A stretch of DNA of 64,000 bases, taken from the NCBI GenBank assembly GCA_964252035.1, contig OZ176211.1. The stretch is one strand, 5' to 3'. The DNA is from Podarcis erhardii (lineage: Eukaryota). The notes beneath the pieces were generated by a model. The model searched no databases, had not been told where the DNA came from, and saw only the letters and a program-made list of their open reading frames with translations. Shown piece after piece: positions 53,916 to 64,000 of the stretch (position 1 is its first letter; every line of letters begins with the position of its first letter). Made by a program: the position numbers and the translations under genes.

Positions 53916-55469
53916 CCATGTCCTTATGTTTGATACGTTCCTAGAATATCTCCCTAGTTTTGAATGAGCTGAATTAGCTACTAAGTAGTTTCCAGGCACA
54001 ATTGAAGGCTTCTTTTATTTTACTCTGCGAAGCTCTTAACATGATCTGCCTCAAAGTTCCCCAGTCAGAGGCGCCATCGCAGCAATGACCAGGTGTTGGG
54101 GATAAACAATAGTGAACGACCATCTTTCTCTCCCACTTGCCAGCAATATTAAAAATTCACTTTTTAGACACAGAACATATATCCAGTTTTCTGAAAAAAT
54201 TATGGGGGTAAGAAATATATCCCTCTCTATATATATGTGTGTGTGGGTGGGTGTGTTTAAAGACATAAAAAGGAGGAATGAAATTCTCACAAAACAAGAT
54301 ACCTCTGCCAGCTGTGGCTGTAGGAGAAATACAATATCGTGGGGGTTGCCAGCAAGCTGCGGACTCACAGGTGTTAAGGATGTTAAGGACTATGGACTCT
54401 CTTCGTCATTTGTCATCCCCGTTTAAACAAAAGCCTAATGCAGAAGTTAGAATTAAGAAGCTAAAGAAGCACCGCCAGGCATGCAAACCGGGCTTTATGG
54501 CCAATTCTGCCCATGAAATAGCACACCAAGGCACCGAATCCAGTGTTTGGATCAGCCAAAGCATTTATTTTTACAGCTCCCAGGGCTATGCTGGAAAAGA
54601 TTCAGCTGCACCCAGAGGAAGGGTGGATAATTCCATTGTGGAATGGTGCACTCAATAATTCCTTTAAATGCATGGTCTTTAACATCCCCTCCCCCGCAAC
54701 GAATAATCCTTCGAAATTGGGGTCTCTCCCACTCCAAGCCTCAGTACAGAGGTGGTGCATCTTTTCCCAGGCTATTCCATCATGTATTTGCATATCATAA
54801 AAAAAATTGCCCGTAGAATGCATGGGGGGGGGGAGGAAGGAGGGGGAGGAAATATTAAGAGAGTTGTTTACATGAAAAGTGCATTCTAAACTACCGTACA
54901 TGCAGACACACACAGAGAGAATAACACTTTGAGATTATAAAATATTAATATATAGCTGGGCCTGGGTGTCTCCATCGTACCTTCTCCTGAGAATAATTCT
55001 TGGAAAGAAGCTATGAGCATGAGAATAGTCTCATGCGCAGCATCTGAAAAGTCTACGGCACAGATGACGACAGCCATTTCATTCAAGGGCTTGATGGTGC
55101 AAATTGAGAGAAGCCAACATTTTCACCGCTGCTCGGGCCTGTGATGGCAGCACCTGGGGACTTTGTGTGCCGAATGCAGAGGCAGATAAAAAGTCCCACT
55201 CACAATTTATTCGTGTTTGTTTGCTTTTAAAAATGTTATTTACAATTTATTTGCTCCACCTGCTTCTTCTGGTTTCAGGGCCAAAGAAGACAGGACAGGG
55301 GCCAGCTGGGATTCTGTCTTCCATGGCTTGTGAAGTTTCTTTCTAAAGGTAAAGCAGTTGGGGGAAGCAAGTAACTTCAGGGAAGTAGCACAGCAGAAGT
55401 GGTTTTTAATCCACTAGCACCCAAAGGTGCTGTTTGTCCCATGGAGGTGATGGTCAATCAGGGATGGTT

Positions 55470-55716
55470 GAAGAAGAAGAAAAGTTTGGATTTGATATCC
55501 CGCCTTTCACTCCCTTTAAGGAGTCTCAAAGCGGCTAACATTCTCCTTTCCCTTCCTCCCCCACAGCAAACACTCTGTGAGGTGAGTGGGGCTGAGAGAC
55601 TTCAGAGAAGTGTGACTAGCCCAAGGTCACTCAGCAGCTGCATGTGGAGGAGCGGAGACGCGAACCCGGTTCCCCAGATTACGAGTCCACTGCTCTTAAC
55701 CACTACACCACACTGG
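55470..55716 (-). mobile_element. tRNA-derived SINE (Squam3-like)
   Basis: Reverse complement near-identical to 34988-35243. Confidence 0.85.
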
Positions 55717-56669
55717 ATCTATCGATTTCTGGTTTTTCTCATTTTTCCAGCCTTAAGTTTTTTTCTCCACATTTCCACATCACATCACATCACTTTTTTA
55801 TTTTATTTTTTAAAACACCTCACGAAAATCAACATTTCGAAAATAATTGTAATAGAGAGACTTTGGGTAATAGGTAATATTATGCGCTAGAAAAGGTTTG
55901 AGTAAAAATGTTGTGGTGGTGAGGGTGGGAGTCAACTTATGAAACAATGTATTTGATTTGAAGGTTATTGTGAGAATGTTTGGAAAAAGTAATAAAAACT
56001 TACATATATGCAAAAGAAAGAAAGAAAACCAGCATTTCTGTGCAAATTTCTCCCAGTATACACATTTTTAATGCAACTGTGCCTCCTATAAACATTTCAC
56101 AAAGCAATTTCACGTAACATAGCACATTTCTGTACGCAATTTTCAGTAATATATGAATTCATATGTGGACGCTACCCAAGGGTACGCATTTTTGTACAAG
56201 TTTCTTGGTTGCGAAACTGCATTGCAAGATTAGGAAAAGCGTGAATTTCTCCTGGCTGCTTCCTCCTTGTTCTCCTCAGCTCAGAACTTTCAGACCTGAT
56301 CTCCCCACCACATTCCAGTAGAATGGAATGGCCGAAATCCCAGCTTGTACCACTTTAGACCAGGCTGTACCGCTTCATGTCTTTGACTGGCTCCCCAAGT
56401 GAAAAAGAAATTCCTGCAGGTTGCAAACTAGCCTTTTGCAGAGGAAGGTTTGGTGTCGCCTCTTGCATGATGTGCTAGTGGTGGCTTGAAACTTGGAGCC
56501 CCGGTGTGTGTCAAAGATCAAGCTTGCAGTGGGACCTGACCCTTGGGAAAGCCAGCCTGCACACCACCCCCACCTCTGGCCAGAGGAGGGAACTACATGC
56601 TGACCAACTGGACCAACACATTAGCCTTTCCCCCCCACAACAGTAGTTGTGAGTCCAGTGACGCAAGTG

Positions 56670-56780
56670 GAACAGGTTAGTGGTAGAGCATCTGCTTTGC
56701 ATGCAAATGTTTCCGGGTTCAATCCCTGGCATCTCCAGGCTGGGAAAGATCCTGGAGAGTCACAGCCAGTCAATGTAGAC
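56670..56780 (+). mobile_element. tRNA-Ala-derived SINE, 5' part (3' part at ~57354-57425)
   Basis: The head agtggtagagcatctgctttgcatgc...ccgggttcaatccctggcatctcca is tRNA-Ala(TGC)-like and runs on into a SINE body. Related decayed copies at ~48175, ~50240 and ~57845(-). Confidence 0.7.
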
Positions 56781-57353
56781 CAGGGATGGAGTACCTATGG
56801 CCCTTCAAATGCTGCTGGACTCCAGGTCCCATCACTGCTGGGCAGCAGGGCCAATGCTCTGGGAGGATGGGAATTGTAGACTGAAATTGAATTGAAATAC
56901 TTTATTGTCACTTGTACAACTTGTATACAGTGAGATTACACAAGCACCCCCCCCCCAGCTCTCTTAGTTTTAATTCCCCTCATTTACTGACGCACACCCA
57001 CCAAACCCAAAAGTCAGTTGCCCTGTTGTTATCTTTTCATTCAGCAGCCCAACAGCCCACGGACAGAGGCTGTTCTTTACCCTGTTGGTGCGACTAATCA
57101 GGCTTCTATATCTTCTGCCCAAGGGCAGGAGATCAAGAAAGTGCTGGCCAGGGTATGAATCACCCCTGAGAATTTTCCTCACTCTCCTGAGGCAACGTTC
57201 TTCCGCGATGTCATCTAGCGGATTCATGGGACAGCCCATAATATCTTGTGCTATATTCACCACCCTCTGTAGGCACTTCCTAGCAGTTGATGTCAAACCA
57301 GCGTACCACACTGTGATGCAGTATGAAAGGGCACAGGCCCCCTGTCCCCCCTG
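56781..57353. mobile_element. hAT-type palindromic MITE interrupted by Rex1
   Basis: Ends CAGGGATGG / CCCCCTG; 8-bp TSD atgtagac / atatagac (one mismatch). Confidence 0.75.
56884..57329 (-). mobile_element. Rex1/Babar-clade LINE 3' fragment
   Basis: The minus strand encodes YCITVWYAGLTSTARKCLQRVVNIAQDIMG...LLPLGRRYRSLISRTNRVKNSLCPWAVGLLN, typical of the Rex1 ORF C-terminus. (TTCAA)n-like tail. Confidence 0.85.
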
Positions 57354-58020
57354 ATATAGACAACAGGACCTTGATGGACCAATGGTCTGACACAGTACAA
57401 GTTACACATCACACAGCTTCCTACATGACACTCCATGAGCCATACAAAAACTAGATTGTCACCAGCCTTTTCATTTCTCTTTCCAGCAACACTGCTTCTG
57501 TGGTCCTTGACTGCTGTTTGGTCTGCAGACATGGGCTGACCATGCTTATATCTCCACAGCATGGAATACTTCACCTGCTGATCGCTGCAGATTGTTGGCG
57601 TATCGATCTGTCTCAAGAGACAGTGCCTCTGGGGGTGAAGTCAAACTTCTGTGTTAGCAGCACCGAGGTGACCTCCCTGGGGCACAAGCCTGGGCTGTGT
57701 GTCTGGAGCTCCTGGGCTGCCCAGACGACAAGACCCCTCTCTCGGCCTTGCTGATGTGGTCCAAAGGAGAGCAGAGCAATATGTTTGGCACCAGCTTCGC
57801 CACAGGAGTTGCCAGAAGGAGGTGGGTAGACATCCCTAGCCCTAACCTGGAGATGTCATGGTTGAACCCAGGACCTTCTGCATGCAAAGCAGATGCTCTG
57901 CTGTTGAGCTGCTCAGCAAAACTGGACCCAAGACCCTTGGGGTGCAGGTTTAAGATGCAGCCAGCTAGGCTCTCCTCAAGCAGCTCTCCCTAACCTGATC
58001 CTTGACCAATGTTGTCGGGT

Positions 58021-58438
58021 GTTGTTGTTTAGTCGTGTCCGACTCTTCGGGACCCCATGGACCAGAGCACACCAGGCACTCCTGTCTTCCACTGCCTCCT
58101 GCAGTTTGGTCAAACTCATGCTGGTAGCTTCGAGAACACTATGCAACCATCTCGTCCTCTGTCATCCCCTTCTCCTTGTGCCCTCCATCTTTCCCAACAT
58201 CAGGGTCTTTTCCAGGGAGTCTTCTCTTCTCATGAGATGGCCAAAGTATTGGAGCCTCAGCTTCAGGATCTGTCCTTCCAGTGAGCACTCAGGGCTGATT
58301 TCCTTCAGAATGGAGAGGTTTGATCTTCTTGCAGTCCATGGGACTCTCAAGAGTCTCCTCCAGTACCAGAATTCAAAAGCATCAATTCTTCGGCGATCAG
58401 CCTTCTTGATGGTCCAGCTCTCACTTCCATACATCACT
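58021..58438 (-). mobile_element. BovB (RTE) LINE, 5'-truncated
   Basis: Encodes VMYGSESWTIKKADRRRIDAF...; perfect 12-bp TSD ATGTTGTCGGGT (58009-58020, 58439-58450). Confidence 0.96.
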
Positions 58439-59044
58439 ATGTTGTCGGGTACCAGCTCCAATTGTCTCTGACCATTGACTACATTAGTTGGGGCTGATGG
58501 ACACTACAGTCTAAAACATCTGGTGGGCATCAGGTTGGGGAAGGTTGTCCTAAAAGCCTAGTGAAATACTTCAGTTCTACCTTGTGGTGAAGGGAGAGGT
58601 GCTATAGGGAGAGGGGCAGTCCTTTCCTGGAGGGGAGAGGAGGATTTTGTTTCCTGTCTAGTTAGAGATTTGGCACCTTTCAAAAGGGAATACCATCTGT
58701 TCCAATACAAACACCCTTTTCCCCCTTCACAGAAGAAACTGATTTCCCAATAAAGCGTCAAAAGATAACAAAGTCTGTTCCAACTAAGCTCATCTGTTTA
58801 GTGCCTGGGGGAGCCCTTGGCTGATAAGGCATTGGCTGTTCCTGCAAGGAGGGGCCCCTGTTTAGTCAGCTATTCACAATTTGCTACCAGTCAGAGCTGC
58901 TATTGGCTGCCTGGCTCTCATTTATACAGAAATGCTATAGGAGTTAAAAACAAAAGTGGTTTACAAATGCCTGGCTATTTTTTTTTTAAAAAAATGTACC
59001 CTGGAAGTTATACCTGTTCTATCCCACAAGCATGGAAGTCTAGG

Positions 59045-59182
59045 ATACGGAACCTGCAGACCTCCAGATGCTGTTGGACTCCAACTCCCATCAGCCCCAG
59101 CCAGCATGGCCAAGACTCAAGGACGGTGGATGATGGGAGTTGTAGTCCAACAACATCTGGGCAGCCACAAGTTCTCCACCTT
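59045..59182. mobile_element. Palindromic hAT-like MITE
   Basis: ctccagatgctgttggactccaactcccatc ... gatgggagttgtagtccaacaacatctgg inverted repeat. Confidence 0.75.
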
Positions 59183-59674
59183 GATACAAGCTCTGTATCT
59201 TCTTTTAAAAAGGGTGAACTCCTCACATGCATAGCTGCTGCCAGACAAGGTAACTCTGTCATAAAAGCTGTCCATCAAGAGCTCCACACAAATCTCACTA
59301 AAAACTTCTTAGCTGCTGCCAAGAAAAGTGGCTCCTCCTCCTCCTCCTTTGCAGCTCTCCAGCGATGAAACAGCTTGCTAGGTTCATGCTTTCAAGATGT
59401 ATTAGCTGTTCTAATCAACTCGGGGAACTCTGTGTATTTTTGTCTTTAAATTCTTGCAGCTAGGAGCCGCAGGATAACCATATGGCTAAAACATTTCTGA
59501 CAAATTAAGATCAAGTTTCTGTTCAGTCAGGATTTACTTATACTTGATGTTAATTAGGATATGGACTGCTGCTGCGGGTGGTGGAACTACCAAGAGATCG
59601 TCTCCTGCCAACCTTAATATCCAAGAGGGTCTGCAGGGAAGGAGATGGCTTCGTTCAGATATTACAGCCTTGCA

Positions 59675-59965
59675 CCAACATGAAGAAGAGCATAAAAAGA
59701 GTTTGCTGGATCAGGCCAATGGGCCACCTGAACAAGCATCCTGTTCCCACAGTGGCCAACCACATCCTTGTGGGAAACCTGCAAGCACTGGTCAATTCAG
59801 AGGCATTACTTCCTCTGACCGCTGAGGCAGAGCAGATCCATCATTGGCAGCGACAACTGACAGCCTTATCCTCCATAGATTTGTTCAGTCCTCTTTTAAA
59901 GCCATCCAAGTTGGTAGCCCTCAGTGCCTCCAGTGGCAGTGAGTTCCACAGTTTAACTACGCGCT
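59675..59965 (-). mobile_element. CR1 3' end
   Basis: aacatgaagaagagcataaaaagagtttgctggatcaggcc... resembles the reverse complement of a CR1 3' UTR. Confidence 0.65.
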
Positions 59966-60271
59966 ACTTTCTTTGATGATGTTCAGTTGCTCCAGCGGCC
60001 CTCTAAACACCACCTTAAAGATTGCTTCTCCTTCCTCTCCTGCTGGAAGGAACGCAAGGCAAGCTGACCGCGGGTGACCAGAATAAAAGAGCTGGACACT
60101 GTGTTGCTCAGTAGCAGTGGAGGCTGGTCTGTTATCGAGTGAATGGGACTGTGCCCAGCCAACATCAGTCTATCCCCAGGCAGCCAACATCCAGCCTTCC
60201 TAGTGATACCTGGTCCAGAGGATGGTCCTGGCTGTCAGCATCCTCTGTCTTATTTCTTGGTGTTGCCCTTC

Positions 60272-60427
60272 TGGAACTCAGCAGGAAAGAAGATGGGGTC
60301 AAGACTCTTAATCTCAGGGTTTGGGGTTCAAGCCCTGCATTGGGCAAAAAGATATCTGTATTGCACTGAGTTTAGACTCGATGGTCCTTGTGCTCCCTTC
60401 TGACTCTGCAATTCTGTGATTCTGTGA
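60272..60427 (+). mobile_element. tRNA-Lys(CTT)-derived SINE with CR1-like tail
   Basis: agactcttaatctcagggtttggggttcaagccctgcattgggc resembles the tRNA-Lys(CTT) 3' half; ends in (ATTCTGTG)2. Confidence 0.7.
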
Positions 60428-61151
60428 CTTCAAGTCCTCCTCCACAGTGGACCTTTGCACCCAAGGAGACCCCTGGTAAAAGGGCCAGGAGGCCACTCCT
60501 GCAGAACTCTGTGCTTCCCATTGGGCCTGCTGCCACTGTCGCATTTGAGGCCTGGGTGGTGAAGGGAAAGAGTTGGGAATCAAGGCTGTGCTCAGATGAG
60601 TCACTGCGGTGTTCAGACATACCATCCATGCACAGAAGCACTCCAGGCTACCTTGAGATGGTTGGTTCTTGGAGATCAGCCTTTGTCAACCATATAGGAG
60701 CAAACGCCAAGGGGCCAAGGTGTCTTCACTCCCATAATAAAATACTTGAGGGGTATGGGAGCCCCCCCCAGTGTTGATGTGCATTGCCATTCAAATGGTG
60801 TACAAGCACCACATCATGATCAATTATTCAGGGTGGGGCTTACTTGGGCCCCCAAATATTTTAGTCAAGTTGGCACTCCTAGTCAACCAGGTGCCATCTG
60901 GATATTTTGGACTATAGCTCCCATCAGCCCCAGCCAGCACGGGATAGGAACTGTAGTTCTTGGAGGGTACCAAGCTGGAGACGGCTGTTCTGGGTCCTCC
61001 AGTTGTGTCAAATGTCTCTGTGCGGTCCCATATCACTGCCTCCAAAGAAAACTGCCCAGGGTCTGAGATGTGCAGGATCCTGGCACAGACTGGGAACCAT
61101 GGGTGGTGCTTGATGCAGAACTGGGACTATGTTTCTGGTACTCCCTTGCAC

Positions 61152-61170
61152 CAACAGCAGAGGGCGCTCT
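61152..61170 (+). promoter_or_regulatory. Putative CTCF-binding motif
   Basis: ACAGCAGAGGGCGCT has one mismatch to the CCASYAGRKGGCRS core and lies in non-repeat sequence. Motif match only. Confidence 0.5.
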
Positions 61171-61960
61171 GCATGTTTCTTTTGCCCCACTGCCTCAGTG
61201 CCCCCAGAAGACAGATGAGGCCCATTCCGTCTGAACGCTTGTTCCAGTCCTCCTCTAAAATTAATTAAGTCCGGAGATCAGGCGGCCGGGAAGGGCTGAT
61301 GAAGCTGTGAAATTTTCAGTTGAAACCATCTTTCAACTCCTGCCAAGGCCTTGTGTGGGAGCTGGAAATGATTTAGAAAGGTTGAGAGGAGGCCAAACAG
61401 CCAGTAATTGAATAATCCAGCCCAGATAGGAAACCAAAGCAGAAGCAAAGGGGGCTTTTGCATCCTGACAAGTTAGCACTGGTTCAGAAGCCTGGAAATA
61501 AATACTAAAATAACAGGGTTATTCCTCAAGACAGAATGAGCACGTCTCTCAGTTGTCATCCTGAATGGAAGATAATTGCCTCGATGCCTGACTCACTCCC
61601 AGGACCAAATATGCAGCCGTGTAACCTGCTGTCACACATTTCTTCACTGGCCGGCAATTCCTTTGATAAATAAAGCAGTTGCCTTGAATTTGCCAAAGCA
61701 AATATCCACACAAAGGCATCATATTGCAAATGCAAATTCTGGAGGTACCTGGTGATACAGCACAGAGGGACACGGAGGGGGGGGGGGAGCACAGCAAGAC
61801 TTTTGCTCCAGAAACCCACAACCAGGAAGCTGAGAACAAACCTTAGCTGCACATTGCGTTTTGTTGCCAGTGAAAACCCCACAATCCCATTTTTCGGGCA
61901 TAATGCTAAATCAGGATTCGGTGTTTTCTTCCCTCCAGACTGGAAAGATGCAATCACAAC

Positions 61961-62224
61961 TGTTAAGTTGTGGGTGAACATATCAGACAACACAGCAATT
62001 CTTCAGACAGCTCTTGTTTATTCACAGGCCAGAACAGAACTGAGCTGAAGGGTTCAACCAGCCTGCTTATATAGAGCTCAACTACAACGCAACAGTAACA
62101 ACTTTCTGTAACTATCCAATCACTGAACGTCACTTTCAATTCCTTATTTGCATATGCGGACCTGAGTGAAAACTATCTACAGTATCCCCCTGCTGGCCCA
62201 GGGTGAGAACTTCAGTACATAACA
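61961..62224 (-). mobile_element. Probable solo LTR (264 bp)
   Basis: Termini TGTTA...TAACA. On the minus strand an octamer (ATGCAAAT), TATATAA and AATAAA occur in LTR order. No TSD seen. Confidence 0.7.
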
Positions 62225-62940
62225 GTGGGTTTGTTTGTTTTTTTAAAGGAAGGTCATTTCCTTCAGTACTTTTCAGGCTCTGCAGAACTCTGTGATTCCA
62301 AAATGGCAAACCGACGGTCCAAAATATAAAACTCAGCACCAGCGGCAACACAGTACAGACGTTCACACATACATTGCAGATCCTCAGCCCTGAACTAACA
62401 TATTTTACAGATAGATTATACCCGATTATATGCGATCCTAGACACAGTTCAGTTGGTGGATGTATGATTGCATCCCAAAGCAGTGTTTCTCATCACCTGC
62501 AACCAAATTCTATCCCTTTATCACAGATGCTGGTTGCCCACCTTAATATTTGAGAGAGGCTATTAATTTTACCTTTCTCGTTCTTTCCTGGACTGGATTC
62601 AGCCACTCCTATCTGGAAAGCCTAACAACTGCCTTCCAATGCGCAGCATCCCCAAGGGGAAGCTTGACTGTCATTACGGATATTTCCCTGCAATGTTGCA
62701 GTGTGCAGACAGTGTTGGGCACCTTCTAGGGAGCCCTTTCAGACTCTGCAACTGGCTACTGTCCCCTTGCATGAACTGAAAGTGAATACGCAAAACTGGC
62801 TGCAACCTGCAGACCTTCCACTCCAGATAAACGCAGGTGCCGTGGCAAAGGAATCGGCTGGAGAGGGTGCCTTGAGGGGAATTTTGGCTCCTCTGCTTCA
62901 CGGCACACTGCTCCAACCTGTGTGTTCCTTGGCTGGTCTT

Positions 62941-63788
62941 TTTTTTAAAAAAAATAGTTTTTACTGGTTTTTCAATATATACATCCATTATGAAATATCT
63001 CTCTAACAAATTTCCATTTTTTCCTGCCCCCCTCCCCTGGACTTCCCTCATAGTTCCACTTTGTTTTACTTTCAATTTATTCATCCTGCGCATTATTTCC
63101 CCAATTAATTCCTAATACATTTACATCTATTATTATTATTATCATCATCATCATCATCATTATTATTATTATTTACATTTGTGAATGTTTACTCAAACCC
63201 TCCCAATGAGTCCAGCTCTTCATGTTGTCTCTTCATATATATTGTAAATGGTTCCCATTCTCTTTTAAAGTCTTTGTTGTCCCTTTCATGTAATTTATCT
63301 GTTAATTTGGCTAATTCTGCATATTCCATGAATTTTTCTTGCTATTGTTCTTTCGTTAGGGTTTCTTCTGTCTTCCAAGCTTGTGCTAGTAGAATTCTTG
63401 CTGCTGTTGTTGTATACATAAATAATTTCCAGTTGTCTTTTCTTATTTTTTGATCTAAAATCCCTAGGAGGAATGTTTCTGGTTTCTTAACGTAAGTCTT
63501 TTCAAACATTTTTTCCCATTCATTATATATCATTTCCCAATAATTTCTGACCTTTTTTCATTCCCACCACATAGGATAAAATGTACCATCTTTTTCTTTA
63601 CATCTCCAACAAGTTTTTGATCCCGTCTTATACATTTTAGCCACTTTCCCTGGTGTAATGTACCATCTAGACATCATTTTCATATAATTCTCTTTCAATA
63701 AAATACAGTCTGTAAATTTTAAATTCGCCTTCCACATCCTTTCCCAATCTTCAAATTGTATATCATGACCTAAATCTTGAGCCCACCT
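62941..63788 (-). mobile_element. 5'-truncated L1-clade LINE
   Basis: Encodes KPETFLLGILDQ...FMYTTTAARILLAQAWK, homologous to the L1 at 36727. Perfect 14-bp TSD CCTTGGCTGGTCTT (62927-62940, 63789-63802). Confidence 0.93.
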
Positions 63789-64000
63789 CCTTGGCTGGTC
63801 TTAAGCACTTTTGTTTATACTCAGCACTGAATGCTCCTTTTGGTGGAACATTTTTAGTCTAAGGAAAAAGCTGGATCAATTCTATGCCGTGGCATTTGTC
63901 AATAAATCAGTGGGATGCCCGGCTTCATTAGGCAGCCTTGCAGGCTGATATCTGACATGCAAAGCAGGGCTGTTAGCAATGAGATTACACAGAACCAGAG

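Noticed and set aside
56670-56737. tRNA-Ala(TGC)-like sequence
   Set aside because: The acceptor and D stems are degenerate and it continues into a SINE body; it is a SINE head, not a tRNA gene.
58817-59368. 183-aa plus-strand ORF
   Set aside because: Runs through a MITE and low-complexity sequence; no domain recognised.

Overview
This is eukaryotic (squamate, most likely lacertid lizard) genomic DNA, judged from Sauria SINEs with an (ACCTTT)n tail, BovB/RTE, L1, L2, CR1 and Rex1 retroelements, and many hAT and Tc1/mariner MITEs. The only protein-coding gene I can support is CNPY1 (canopy FGF signalling regulator 1) on the minus strand. Four coding exons are visible: 52703-52588, 29410-29207, 27556-27460 and 21440-21403. 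They have canonical AG/GT sites and compatible phases, and join into 151 aa ending in an ER-retention-like HGEL*. The signal-peptide exon is not recognisable in the window. Everything else is CNPY1 intron or 3' flank, with TE-poor stretches that may be enhancers; in other vertebrates CNPY1 lies between EN2 and RBM33/SHH. There is one 143-N gap. I found no novel multi-gene system. The best-supported oddities are in mobile DNA: (1) an antisense, 3'-truncated U6 snRNA fused to an L1 3' end inside one perfect 13-bp TSD; (2) a multicopy TIR element with 6-bp TSDs that carries a captured L2 tail; (3) a three-layer SINE > hAT MITE > Rex1 nest; (4) a hAT MITE carrying TTAGGG repeats. Family names come from recall of consensus sequences, not from database searches.
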